Origin: Chiloscyllium plagiosum
Taxonomy: Eukaryota
DNA length: 64,000 nt
Assembly: GCF_004010195.1 (NCBI RefSeq)
Contig: NC_057756.1
Span: 7,320,275 to 7,384,274, forward strand
Reading direction: 5' to 3'
Both the position numbers and the translations under genes were made by a program. The stretch's first letter is position 1, and each line of letters opens with the position of its first letter. Shown here piece by piece: positions 12,875 to 25,904 of the stretch. The notes under the pieces are model-generated. The model made no database searches. It saw only the letters and a program-made list of their open reading frames with translations, and was not told where the DNA came from.

Positions 12875-12941
12875 ATGTTGCAGTTGTTTACCATTGTTGA
12901 TAAAGTATATTACATTACTATTGCTATTATTGGCATCCCTG
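12875..12941 (+). CDS. GPR139/142-like class A GPCR, exon 1
   Basis: ATG...MLQLFTIVDKVYYITIAIIGIP followed by G|GTAAG phase-1 donor. It joins in frame to the exon at 17422 to give GIPVN (TM1 Asn motif). Confidence 0.88.
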
Positions 12942-12964
12942 GTAAGTTTTTTTTAAAAGAAATT

Positions 12965-13270
12965 CTTAATAGTATATGGGCATTACTGGCTGGGCCAGTA
13001 TTTATGGCACTGGAGGAATGTTTACGAAACAGCTACGTAGCTGTGGATCTGGAGGCACTTTTCAGCCAGACCAGATAAGGGTGTCAGTTTCCTCCACTAA
13101 CAGACATGAGTGAACTAAACGGATTTATCCAGCAATTGACAATGGATTCACAATCATCTGAGACTGTTTATGCCACCGTGTAACAGCGGGGTTCAAACGC
13201 AGGTCACCAGCAAATTACCAGGATTTCTGGATTAATAGTCCAGTGATAATGCCAACAGGCTATTTCATCT
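12965..13270 (-). mobile_element. Deu-domain (SacSINE1-like) SINE, degraded
   Basis: Characteristic ccagaccagataagggtgtcagtttcctcc...agtgaac core. Paralog at ~28830-29160. Confidence 0.55.
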
Positions 13271-13714
13271 CTTTAGCAAAACTGTTAATGTTAATAAATC
13301 TGTGCAGTAGAATACCGTGGCATTTATATTTCTATTTTAAAAAATATTTTAAAATATTTTGCTTAATTTTTTCTCTAATTATTTATCACTTCAGAATTAG
13401 GATCACTGTGATTAGTTGACCCTGCCATAATCAGACTTGCATTATCAGGGTTATGAAAATTTGACGACCTGATGTGGGTGGTTACATAGAGTTGATGACA
13501 TGCAAAGAAGCCTTTTCTTCTTTAGCAAATGTAAGCCCGTGTTTATTTTGATGATCAATTGATTAATTTTCCTTCGAAGAGTATTTTGAGGAATTAGGGA
13601 CATTATACGAATGGAAAGCAGTGAAAACTAATCACTAAAACATCAGCAGTACTGAGTATGTTTTTCCAGTCTTCAACTGAAGTCATGATTCAAAAAGTAG
13701 TTTCCACAAATTTA

Positions 13715-14470
13715 TATAAATCTGAGGTACTAAATTTTGGAAAGGCAAATCAAGACAGGAGTTATAAAATTTAGGTTAAGGTTGTGAGGATTGATGCCGA
13801 GAAAATAACGTTTAGAATGCATGTTCAGAGTTCATTGAAAGCAGAGTTGCAGGTAGATAGGACAGAGAAGAAGAAATTTGATACGTGTGCCTTAAAGGTC
13901 AGTGCATTGAGTATACGTATTGGGAGGTCATGTTGCAACTGTGCACTGCATTGGTTGTGCCAGTTTTAGAATGCTACGTGCAATTCTCGTCTCCTTGCTT
14001 TAGGAAAGATGCTGTTAAACTTGAAAGTGTGCAGAAAATATTTACATAGAAATCGCTGGGGAGAAGGGATTAAGCTACAGGGAAGGGCTGAATAGGCTGG
14101 TCTATTTTATTTGGCGGTTCAGAGGCTAAGGACCAATGGTGAAGTTCTTGAGCTCGGGGTAAGGGACTCCAAAACTGGGGTGTATAGGTCTTTGGTGAGA
14201 GGAGGAACATTTAAAAGAGACCGAAGGGCCAACGTTTTTAATGCAAAGGGTGCTGCTTGCATGGAATGAGCTCCCACAGCAAGTGGTGGAGGCTGTATAA
14301 TTGCAACATTTAAAAGGCATTTTGCATGCGTTTATATACAGAAAGGGTTTAGAGGGATACATGACAAATGCTGGCATATGGGATTCGGTTAATTTAGGAT
14401 ATATGCTCAGCATGAACAAGTTGGAATGAAGGGTCTGTTTCCGTGCTGCACATCTCTATTACTCCAAGTG
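13715..14470 (+). mobile_element. CR1 LINE 3' fragment
   Basis: Decayed RT C-terminus and 3' UTR. Paralog at ~29600-30550. Confidence 0.75.
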
Positions 14471-14809
14471 ACTGAAAGTGATTGTTAGGTGCTTAGAGTG
14501 TAGAATAAACAGGAGGGAGTAAACCATTTGCAAGAACAAGGTCCAATACATATTTTCTTCACTGATAGAATTCTTCTTTTTGTATTATTTTGAAAACAGA
14601 CTTTGTTGAACTGTTGTATACATTGGCTGTGGCATTTGGCGATTCATCAATGGTTTCATTTATCTTACACCACATTTCAGTCTCTCAATGGTTACCCCTG
14701 ATCTTCATGTGTTAAATCCCCAATTCCATGCTCATTTGTTGACAGGGTGTGAATGGTTTTTTCTTATCGTGAATGTTTTGTGGAACATTGTATAAGAGTA
14801 TATCTGTGA

Positions 14810-16137
14810 GGAGTCGAGAGTGCAGTGCTGGAAGAACACAGTAGGTCACACACATCCGAGGAGCAGGAGAATCGACGTTTTGGGCATAAACCCTTCATCA
14901 GCAATGAAGATTGCGGGCCTGGGGTCTGAGAGATATGTGGGAGGGTGGTGGAGATGGGGGAAAGGTAGCTGAGAATGCAATAGGTAGAAGAACTTGAAGG
15001 AGAAGGTGATAGGTCAAGGAGCAGGGTGGAGCGAATAGATGGGAGAGGAGATGAACAGATCAAGAGGACAGTGCTGAGTTGGAGGATTGGAACCTGGATA
15101 ACGTGGGGGGAGGGGAACTGAGGAAACTAGTAAACTCCACATCGATTCTGTGTGGATGCAGGGTCCCAAGGTGAAATATGAGGCATTCTTCCACCAGGCG
15201 CCGGGTGCTTAAGGTTTGGTGATGGAGGAAGCCCAAGACCTGCATGACCTTGGTGGAGTGGGAGGGGGAGTTGAAGGGGTCAGCCACGGAGTGGTGGGTT
15301 GGTTCATACTGGTATCACATAGGTGTTCTCTGAAAAGATCAGCAAGTTGATGTCCTGTCTCCCCAATGTAGAGGAGACCACATCAGGAACAATGGATACA
15401 GTAGATGACATTGGTAGAAATACAGGTAAATTTCTGTCAGATGTGGAAGGACCTCTGTACCCTTGGATGGAGGTGAGTGGGGAGGTGTGGGTGCAGGTTT
15501 TTCACTTGCTGTGGTGGCAGAGGAAGGAGCTGGCAGTAGGGTGAGGGCTGATGGGGGCCATAGACGTGAAAAGTGAATCACGGAGGGAATCATCTCTCTG
15601 GACAGCTGACAGGGATGGGAAGGGAAATATATCTAGATGGTGGCATCCATTTGTAGGTGGTGGAAGTGGCAAAGGATGATGGGATGTATCTGGAGGTTGG
15701 TTGGGTGAAACGTGAGGACCAGGAGAGATCTGTCATTGTTGCGTTGGGTGGGATGAGGTTCAAGGGAGGAAGTGTGGGAAGTGGAGGAGATGTGCTGAAG
15801 GATATCATCAACCATGTGAGAGGGGAAATTGTGGTCTTTGAAGAAGGAGGCCATCTGGGATTTTCTGTGGTGGAATTGGTCCTCCTGGGAACAGATGCGG
15901 TGGAGGCAGAGGAATTGGGAATGAGGGATGACATTTTTACAGGAGGCAGAATGGGAGGAGGTGTAGCCCATGTAGCTTTTGGAGTCGTCGGTTTGTAGTA
16001 GATATTCATGGTTAGTTGGGTCACTAGAGATGGAGATGAAGAGGCCCAGGAAGGGGCGGGAGTTACCTGAGATGGTCCAAGTGAATTTGAGGTCGGGATA
16101 AAGATGTTCGTGAAGTTGATGAACTGTTCACCTCCTC
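14810..16137 (-). mobile_element. Penelope-like retroelement (RT C-terminus, GIY-YIG, terminal repeat)
   Basis: IYYKPT...YTSSHSASCKNVIPHSQFLCLHRICS...LVLTFHP, then HFNSPSH...RRLVEECLIFHLGTLHP, then the terminus. Confidence 0.85.
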
Positions 16138-17180
16138 ATGAGGTCAACCACGTGTTCAACCAGTGCATTTCCTCTGCGTCCTAAACCTCCGCCCTTGAAT
16201 CCCACCCCTCCCAATGCAACAAGAACAGAACCCCCCTTGTCCGCACCTTCCATCCCTTCAACCTCCGTATACATCACATCATGCTCCGCCACTTCCACTA
16301 CAACAAATAGACCCCAAGATCAGTGATATATTTACTTCCCCACCTCTAACAGTGTTCCAGAGAGACCATTTCCTCTGCGAGTCCCTTGTCAGATCCACGT
16401 ACCCCACCAACTCTCACAACATTACCAACACCTTCCCTTGCCATCGCACAAAGCACAAGTCCTGTGCCCACACCTCCTCCCTCACCTCTGTCCAACACCC
16501 AAAGGATCTTTCCACATCCAACAGATATTTACCTGTACCAATGTCACCTACTGGGGTATCCATAATATCTGATGTGGTCTCCTCTACATTCAGTAAGACA
16601 GGAAACCAACTTGCAGATCATTTCAGTGGACATCTCTGGGACACCAGCATGAACCAACCCTACCATCCCGTGGCTGAACACTTCAACTCCCCCTTCCACT
16701 CCACCAATGACATGCAGTTGTTGGGCCTCCTCCATCACCAATCCCTATCCACGCGATGCCTAGAGGAAGAACGTCTCATCTTCTGCCTTGGGCCCTATAA
16801 CCACACGGAATCAATATGGATTTCACCAGTTTCTTCATTACCTTCCCCCACATATCCCAGTCCCAAGCCTTCAACTTGGCAACCACCTCTTGACCTCTCC
16901 ATTGTCTTTCCCATCTATCCACTCCACTGTGTTCTCCGACCTATCACCTTCTCCGCCACATTCATCTACTTACCAGATTCTCAGTTACCTTTCCCCACAG
17001 CCCAACCAGTCCCATTTATCTCTCAGCACCGTGTAGCCACAAGCCTCATTCTTGATGAAGGGCTTATACCTAAAACGTCGATTCTCATGTTCTTCAGATT
17101 CTGCTTGACTTGCTGTGCCTTTTCAGAACCACACGCTTGACTCTGATCTCCAGCATTTGCAGTCCTCTCTTTTTCCTCCG
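16138..17180 (+). mobile_element. Penelope-like retroelement, opposite orientation
   Basis: ORF 16214..17140 has TGNQLADHFSGHL...PVAEHFNSPFHS...LEEERLIFCLG (GIY-YIG C-terminal part), followed by the terminus. Confidence 0.85.
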
Positions 17181-17421
17181 AAAGAATAACATATTCTACT
17201 AACTATTTTTAGCCTCCACGACTATTTTGCAGTACTTTATGTGCAACACCAAACACCAACTCGTTTTGTTTATTGAACACAGCTTCATGTAGGATAGAAT
17301 TGGAATAAAATTTCTTTTTACATTTTAATAGTCTACCTGAGCACCCTATTACCATTTCGATTCAAATGCAAGATTGGTAAAGCTACACTTTCTGAACTAA
17401 TGTCAGTTCTTCATCTTGCAG

Positions 17422-18338
17422 TTAATGCAGTGGCAATTTTGACCCTGTCCATAGGAAAATGCGGTCTCTCCAGATGCACTACTCATTACCTGGTGGCCAT
17501 GGCAACAGCGGATCTGATGGTCATCATCACTGATGTTACATTCAAGCAGCTGAACCATTATTTTTACCAGGGATCATCCCTGCACCCGACACCTGCATGC
17601 ATTGTGGTTGACTATCTACTTTTTGTGAGTTCAGACTGTTCTGTCTGGTTCACAGTCACTTTTTCCGCTGATCGGTTTGTGACCATTTGTTGCCAGAAAC
17701 TGAAACTGAAATATTGTACCGTGAAAACGGCAGCTGTTATTCTTTCAACAACCTGCATTCTTTTCTTTCTAAAAAATGTTCCCATTTTCATTACACGGGA
17801 ACCTATGATTGTGGTTGACAATTTACGCTGGTCTTGTCAAAGAAAGGCCAGCTATTTTACTGAACTCAAGTGGATAGTTTTTGATTGGTTAGATAAGATA
17901 TTAACACCATTACTCCCATTCAGTTTGGTTTTGCTCTTCAATGCTTTGACAGTCAGATACGTTTTAGTGGCAAATCGGATCCGTAAAGGATTGAGGAGTC
18001 AGAACACGGAAGAGAAGCGCAGTGATCCTGAGATGGAGAGCAGAAGGAAGTCAATGATTTTACTGTTCACCATATCGAGTAGCTTCATATTGCTGTGGTC
18101 ACCCTATGTAATAAATTTCTTATATTATCGAATTGCAGCAATTGATCCCATATCTTACAACGGCAGTTTGCATTTACTTGAAAGAATTGGATACATGCTG
18201 CTGAATCTGAGTTGCTGCACAAATACGTTTATTTATGGAGTAACGCAATCGAAGTTCAGGGAACAGTTCATTCGTGCTGTAAAATATCCATTGACTTCAG
18301 TCAGCAGAGTCTTTCCTTTTAGAATGAGTATACTGTAA
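17422..18338 (+). CDS. GPR139/142-like class A GPCR, exon 2 (spliced protein 327 aa)
   Basis: Acceptor ttcttcatcttgcag|TT. Open frame with GKCGLSRC..YLVAMATADL, DRF, LLPF, LLWSPY and NTFIY. 67+917=984 nt, no stops. Confidence 0.93.
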
Positions 18339-19479
18339 CCTACAAGACAGCACTGTAAACAGCTGTTTTTCTGAGTTCAGAATTGAGTCATAAACGTGTA
18401 TCACCTGAATTGTATCAAAAATGTTTGTTTGTATTAAAATACAAACATGCTTCCTTTCCGTTGGATGGCATTTCATTTTCTATTTCCAGAAAGTTGAGAC
18501 TAGATGTTGAACCTTCACTTGAAGTAAGTGTAATGAATACTTTTTTCAAGAAGTAAATACCGTTGCAGCATCCACAAACATAAAGGACATACCCCAAAAA
18601 AATTGACTTGAAGAACTGAATTAGGGAGATTGCAATCCACCAAATCGGTGGCACAAAGTGTGTCACTGCGCCACTCGTTAGTATTGGCTGAGAATGGCGA
18701 GCGAGTTCACTCATGTTTTGTGTGCCTCATTTCAGTTTTGTTTTGAAATAATTTTTTTCTCATTTCGTTCACCTCATTAAGGATCTGTTATTACCCCAAA
18801 CGATGTTGGACAGCTCATGTTTGAAACAAACATCTGGATTGTTAGTTCATATTTATTTCATTTCTTTTCATTTGACATAGTAACCTTTCAGTGAAGACAA
18901 GTGTGCAACTCAGCATGCTTATTTTCAACAAGGAAAAATGATATTATTAAATGGAACGAAATTAAAGAGATAACAACCATGCTCTTTACATTTAGAAAAG
19001 GTTTATAAGCTTTCAAAACACATCGCCAAATTATATTCCCAACTATCACAATGCCGTCACTGTAGAATCCTCAAACACCTGGATGAGAGTTTCATTCCGT
19101 GTCACATGTATAACTGTGACTTAGCTCGTTCTATCTCTTCCTAGTCTTGGTAGTTTTTTTTTAGCCTTTCCCTTGATTGTGCAGACAACTAAACTTGAAT
19201 ATTCTCAGCATTAATTGACTGTATCTGATTTAAAGCCAAAGCCTTCTTTTCGGAAATTTCATATTGATATACTTGCAGTAAGATAACATGTTTCAAACAG
19301 TTCTTAATAAACACCTTTCTGAATGAAAACCTGTTCCACATTTTCCCAGAATGAGATTTTTCCATCTAATCTATTAATTAAAGATTAACATTCCAACAAC
19401 ACTTTCAGTTCAATAAAGGTCTTGTTCCCCGTTGCGAAACTACTTGTGTTCACCTGTGGATCAGTTTCATTTCTGTGAA

Positions 19480-19622
19480 TTGGGTGAATCCACGATGTGC
19501 ACAAATCCATTGAATTGCAGCGTACTCCCTGGGCTCTTCTCCTGGGCCAGATGGTCAGGTTTGTGAGCATTGATGGCACAGACTGCTGAACACAGAACCT
19601 CCTCACTTCCAACTAATTTGGT
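19480..19622 (-). pseudogene. Candidate terminal ITIM/ITSM-like exon of the Siglec-like gene
   Basis: Acceptor ttttctgtcacag| then TKLVGSEEVLCSAV (one TGT/TAT change from VLYSAV). After a 1-nt shift it reads REYAAIQ. It lies downstream of the copy-B cytoplasmic exons. Confidence 0.5.
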
Positions 19623-19754
19623 CTGTGACAGAAAACCATATGTTAGATATGGGTCTAAAGGAACAAGTGGGAGTACATTAACTGTGCCAGGATGTTATCA
19701 AGCAGGTGGGGAAAAGCACACAACGTGTGACCATGTGCATAATTCATGGAAGGC

Positions 19755-20550
19755 CTAGAAGATGATGTTTAATAAAGACAAATGTGAGGTGCTGTATTCT
19801 GGAGAGTTAAACCTTAAACACTTAATGGTAAGGTTGTGCAAAGTGTTGCATAAAAAAGAGACGTTGCAGTGAAAGCTCATGGTTCCTTAAAAGTAGAGCT
19901 GCAGGTAGATAGGGTAGTGAAGAATGTGTTTGGTATGCTTACCTTTTTTATCAAATCATTGAGTACAGGAGTTTTGAAGAAATGTAGCTATACAGGACAT
20001 TTGTTAGGCTGATTTTATAATACTGCATGCCATTCAGATCTCTATCCTATAGTCAGAATGTTGTGAAACTTGAATGGGTTCAGAAAAGATTGAGAAGGGT
20101 GTTGCCCGAGTTAGCGGATTTGTGGTCGAGAGACAGGGTGAATAGGCTGGGTCCGTTTTCCCTGGAGCATCGGAGATTGAGGGAAGACCTTAAAGAGGTT
20201 TATAAAACCATAAGGAGCATGGGTAGGGTAAACAGACAAGATCTTTTCCCTCTGAGAAGGAGTCCAGAACTCGAGGGTATAGGCTACGGTGAGAGGGGAA
20301 AGACTGAGAGGAGAATTAAGGGTCAAATGTTTCTAAGCAGAGGTTGACACGTGTATGGAACGAGCTGCCAGAGGCTGTACAATTACAACATTTAAAAAGG
20401 ATCTGGGTGAGTATATGAATAGGAAGAACTTAGAGGTATGTGGACCTAGTGTTGGCAAACGTGACTAGATAAATTTAGGAGATCTGGCCGGAATGGGCGA
20501 GCTGGACGGAAGGATCTGTTTCTATGCTGTACATGTTTATGATTCTATGA
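19755..20550 (+). mobile_element. CR1 LINE 3' fragment
   Basis: FNKDKCEVL..., VQKRLRRVLP and LREDLKEVYK motifs plus tail. Confidence 0.8.
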
Positions 20551-21069
20551 CTTTAACTCACTGCAGTCACTCACCAAAGCTTCTTTGACAGCAGTTTTCA
20601 AACTCATGGTTTCTATCATCTAGATGGAGAAGGCAGTTCATGCTTGGTAACATTGTCCCCTGCAAGTTCCGTGCCGAGCCACACACAAACCTGACTTGCA
20701 ATCACACCAGCATTCCTTCCTAGTTTTTGATTTTCAAGGCTGGATCTACCTTCCTCATAGCCCAGCGTCTCCCACGTTTTACTCCCATTGTGGTCCAGAC
20801 TGTGGTTTGTGTGGGTTTCGGATTGATTTGCGAATTGAAAGGATAATTAGATGAGGTGAGGTGGTGGGGGAGTATGTGCGTTCTCTTGAGGGGACGAGGG
20901 TTTGACTGAGAGGTTCCTCTCTCTCTGTCTGTTGCTCTCTTTCTCTCACTCACTCACTCTCTCTCATTTTGACTGTCCTTTTCTCTCTCCCTCTGTCCCA
21001 TTCCTTCTCTTGTTCATCTTCTTGGTGATGTTATTTTAATAAATATTTATAGCAAGTAGAATTATTCAT

Positions 21070-21881
21070 CCTGTCCATGATAAAAGAGTGTGCATTTTCT
21101 GTTGGAATTCTGATCTGCAGTCAGTCAAGTAGATTTGTTTTTTTTTTGGTGTACACATTAGATAGTTTGTGAAATAGTGGGGCCTCAAAGATCATTCCAA
21201 ACTGAACTGTGATAATAAAAAAAGGTTTGGTGTGATAACTGCATCACGAGTCCAACTTATTTGTGAGCAATTTGCAGGGTGTTGCAGACTGGAGTCAAAG
21301 CAATTGAGCAACATTTGCACGTCCTGTGATGTTGAACTGGAACTATTATAAAGCTTATGTCTGCATATGCTGTAAATGTTCTCGAAAGTTTTTAAAAAAT
21401 GTTCAATCTTGTTATTATATGCATATGAAGGATAAATCTAACTTTGGGCCATTTTTAAGTTTCTGACTGCAAAGACGTCTGTGACTCATTTCCCAGGACA
21501 ATAGCTCGTGAGCCACCTCCAAGCTGTGATTGACGTGGACAGTCCCTGATATAAATGTTACAACAAGTAGGGGCAACACTCATTGGACTTTCCACTGAGT
21601 AAGTCAGAAACAAAACCCAAAATGATGTGGTAGCTCCCTCCGATTTGGACTAACTTCTATGTTCTCACTTGCCTCCGTGTTCAATAGGTATTGTGTCAGA
21701 TTAGCTGCGAGAATGACAACTGTGTCTCTTTGCTTCTTCCTTCAAATGACAATCGTCCAAAGTTACAAATGAGATATTTTAAGAAATTAATATAATGTGT
21801 GCAATAATCAATAGAAGCGAGGACTTCAGAGCGTTTGTATTCTGTGTGGACGGCGTCTTTTTGACTCCAGGAAGACGAAAG
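21070..21881 (-). pseudogene. Siglec-like cytoplasmic exon cluster, copy B
   Basis: 57-bp exon 21825..21881 with AG/GT intact (FRLPGVKKTPSTQNTNAL). Further decayed paralogous exons lie at ~21672-21740, ~21440-21595, ~21255-21345 and ~21070-21115. Confidence 0.6.
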
Positions 21882-22599
21882 CTAAAACACAGTTATTCTT
21901 GTCTATTACTGTGGCTGAGGAAAGTGATGGATCAACAATCGGTCAACATTATGCCTAGAAATGGGCGTAAGCTTCTGTTAATTTGTTATTGTCAACAGTT
22001 AAGAATGTGGTTGAGTCCCTGCATCCTTTCATATGAACTAGAGCATTCGAGATTCAAGTTCCAGTTGTGCCTACCGCAAAGTATAATGTGTTTGAACAGA
22101 TTGATTTAGCTTGTAATTTGTACACCCACAAATTGTACCACCTAATGTTTATGGCGCTGATGTGGTAATGCCCTTTTCTTTGAAGAACAAAGCTTGAGGC
22201 TCAAGTCCCTTATGCTCCAGAGGTGAGTCGCAATAGGTGGGTTAGATATATTGAGAAATAACTTCTTCTCCATTAAACTGACCCCTTCTTAATTCTCAAC
22301 TCAGTTGCAATCTTAGAGCAAATCACATAAATTGAGAACTCCATATATGAAGTCTTCTGATGCTATCAGCCTTAAAGGGCAGCCAATGTGACCTGAGTTT
22401 AAACATACTCGACAATGAACATACAACCACCTCTGGGCCAGTTTTAGCTGAATGGTGTTGACGATTTTCGAGATGATTTGTACCTCATGTTGAGTTTTTG
22501 GATGGAGGTTTGTTCACTGACCTGGAAGGTTCATTTTCAGATGTTTCAACACCATACCAGGTAACATAATCAGTGAATCGACTGTGAATAAGCATGTAT

Positions 22600-22684
22600 C
22601 TCTGAACTTTCACTACAATCAGAATCAGACTCTTAACTGCAAACGCTCATCCAATGAAGATAACAAATATCCAACAAAGCCATT
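22600..22684 (-). pseudogene. Siglec-like transmembrane exon copy B1 (Lys-containing, stop codon)
   Basis: Reads LCWIFVIFIG*AFAVKSLILIVVKVQ. Both splice sites are mutated. Confidence 0.75.
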
Positions 22685-23876
22685 GTCAGAATATTCAGGA
22701 AATACAGTGCCCTAAGATTATGAGTTGGTAGTGACATAATATTTATTTGAATGAAAATACATTTTCCGATATATTGACATAAAAATATATCATTAAAGTT
22801 GCTCTGTTTTACAAAGGCGGGATGTCCTAGCAATCCTGAGATTGTAGATAATGCTTTGGAAATAAGCATTGAAATCACAATTATGTGATTTAAAATCTAC
22901 CTAATCTGGTGAAATTCAAATCTAAATATTATGCGTGTAATTGAAACTGCGTCTGATTCATGCTGAGTATGATAACCTGCATAACTTGGTGGAAAAAAGA
23001 AACATCAAAGTCACGGGAATGAAATCTACAGTCCCAACTCGTCTTGCCAATAGTTTGCTTCAGACCTTCTGTAACTCGTCTTCTCTGAAATCGATCAGGA
23101 GTGGTCGCACCCTACAGTTCAAAGAGTTAGCTTCACTTAGGACTGGGGCAACAACTGCTGATGTATGAAAAGAGACCGAATTGGTTAGGAATATAGTCAT
23201 TGGATTATCGCAGAATGATGTGGGTGAGGGAGATCTAATACAGCCTTAAAATTCTCACAGTCAAATGAAGGAAGGATATTCCTGAGGACCAACAGTCCAG
23301 AACTCTGCGGAGGTTGGGGGTCATCATTAAAGTGTATGAAATCGGTCACTAAAGACTGAAACAATGAAACCTGTCTTCACCCAGAGAGTGGTGAGTTTTT
23401 GGAATTTCTGCCACACAAGTGTTTCAGCCCAAAACATCGCATGCTTTCAAGAAAGATTTAGATATAGTTGTGAGGGTTAAAGCGATCAACTGGAAGGGAT
23501 AGCAAGTCAGAGGAGGCTAAGAGACTCCTTTCTCTGTCTTGGAAGATTGGTAATTTTTGGAATACTCTTCTCCAGAGAGCAGAGCATGCGAGCCTTTGAA
23601 TAATTTGAAGGGTTTGGTCAAAATATGCTCAACAAGGGGTGGCCTATGGGGTGGACGGGCAGAAAAGTGGAGTTCAGTCCAGAACCGGAGCGATCATCAT
23701 CTGATTAAATGGTGCTGGTGCATCAATGGGCTAAACGGCCTACTCTTGCTTTAATTCATTATTTCGAAAACATCAACACTGAATTTGATGACTTAATCAG
23801 TAAAATATTATGCAGAATTTTGGGTTGCTATGTTTATTGGAAAAGAGATTACCTGTCAGAATATTCAGAAATGGAC

Positions 23877-24150
23877 TTGTTGAATGAAGCCGCGAGCTGC
23901 TGGTGCTAACACCCTGCTCGCTCTCGACCGTGCATGAGGTTAGGTTTTCGAATCCAGTGAGACAAATCAGTTTCATGGTGATCTGAATCAGACCATTATT
24001 CACGTTCCAGAAATGGACACTAACATCTAAAGCGTTTCATGCGATTTTTCTCTCACTGAGGGTCCATGTGATGTTCATTGGGGGAATTGGCTCTCACTCT
24101 GCATTCCTGGCACTGGTGCAGGTCGGGCCAGATGCTATTGTGTGTCTATG
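23877..24150 (-). pseudogene. Siglec-like C2 Ig exon copy B1 (decayed)
   Basis: NNGLIQ...LTGFENLTSCTVESEQGVSTSSSRLHST. Has indels and is the paralog of 6373..6645. Confidence 0.8.
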
Positions 24151-24491
24151 TACAAAATGGAACAACAGTGTTCAAATGATGATCCTTTTGATCATTCAGC
24201 AATAACATTTACATTGAAGAGCACTTTTTATTGACTAACTACAGGAGACAACAAAATTAATTTATCGAGTTGCAACAGTGCAAAACGATGTCATTCGGCC
24301 TATCAGGTCTGCACAAACCCTAAAAAGCATCCCACCCAGTCCCATAATCCTCACCGTTTCCCATACCTCGCATTTCCCATGGCTAACCCACCTAACCTGC
24401 ACATCCCTTGATACTACAGGGTAATTAAGCATCGCATGAAAGGGCAGCCTATGATACCTGAGTTCATACATACCAGAAAATAAACATATAC

Positions 24492-24576
24492 CCCTGCACT
24501 TGCACTACAATCAAAATTGGACTGGCAATAGCCAAAGCTGTTTCTACAATGATGACAATTATTCAGGGAAGACTTC
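24492..24576 (-). pseudogene. Siglec-like transmembrane exon copy B2 (stop codon)
   Basis: Reads SLP*IIVIIVETALAIASPILIVVQVQ with a GT donor. Confidence 0.75.
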
Positions 24577-25904
24577 TTAGGAATACTCAGAAAAGACAGA
24601 GCTCAATATTGCAACTTGCTGGTCACATAGCACTTATCTGATTAAACGTACACCTTCCTATATATTGATATGAAGATATATAGTTAACTTTGCTCTGTTT
24701 TAGAAAGTGGAGATGGACAACATAATACTGAGATTGTAGCTAATGCTTTGGAGATATGCACTGAACTCCCAATTAGGCTGCCAGTGGAATACAAGTGTAC
24801 ATATTATATTGAGATAGAAATATAATCTCAGTAACACTGAGCATGACAACCCGGGTGGACTGATGGAAAAAAGAAAACTTCGAAGTCACAGGAATGCAAC
24901 CTAGAGTCCAAAGCCAATCTTGTCAATGTGTGTCTTTGGACCCACAGGGAATATGTTTAAGTCATCTTATCTCGGAAATAGACAATTAGTTCCAGAGGTT
25001 TGATTCAGTTTGGAGTGGCTGTAACTCGGGATGAAGCAGTATGCGTCACTTGATTGGCTAGGACTGCAGGCACTGGACTTGAGAATAATATGGAGCAGGG
25101 GTGGGATATCACATAACGTTCTAATAGGGTTAGACAGGGCAAATGCAACAGGGTTGTTCCTGATGACCGGGGAGACAAGATCGAGGGGAGGCGGTGGGGG
25201 TGGGTGGTGGGGGTTGTTTGGGGTGCGGGAGGGGTGGGTGCAGTTAATCATTTAAGAGCATGGAGCAATTTGCTTTGGACAGAAATGAAGAGACATACCT
25301 TCACCTAGAGAGTGGTGAGTGGCATGTTTCTGCCAGAAAGGTGTTTGAGGCCAAAACATTGGATGCTTTCAAAAAGGAATCAAATATAATTCTTAGGGCT
25401 AAAGGGTCAACCAGTATGAGTAGAAAGCCTGAGGGGGCTGAGTAACTTCTCTCTCTATCAAAGGACAGGCAATCTTTGGAACACTCTTCCCAAGCGAGCA
25501 GTGGACATGGACCACTGAGTAAATGCTTAACAACAGAGATGTTGCCTATGGGGTGGCCAGACAGAATAGCGGAATTCAGTCTCGAATCAGGTTGAAGAAG
25601 AGCTTACGCCCGAAACGTCGATTCTCCTGCTCCTTTGATGCTGCCTGACCTGCTGCGCTTTTCCAATAACACATTTTTCAGTTCATTTTCATGTTCACAA
25701 AAGCATTCCTCCACTTAAAAAAAACACAACTAATAAAAGTTACAATTAACACAGCCACACATTCAGAGAAGACATTGAACCTGGAAAAATATGCATCTTA
25801 ATATTATACCTCTAGAAACCAGATGAGGTGAAAGCAATGGAACATTTTATGAAGGAGACTGATATAGTTCTTATGGTTAAAGGGATCAAAGAGTATGAGC
25901 ACTT

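Larger units (their letters stand above)
885..14510. repeat. Segmental duplication copy A (Siglec-like 3' cassette x2 plus GPCR 5' region)
   Basis: Collinear with ~20020-30590, e.g. ORFs 4161 vs 21795, 5007 vs 22633, 9839 vs 27066, 12875 vs 28742. Confidence 0.9.

Noticed and set aside
17400..17421. MSVLHLA as the GPCR N-terminus
   Set aside because: This is the intron polypyrimidine tract and acceptor. The true start is exon 1 at 12875.
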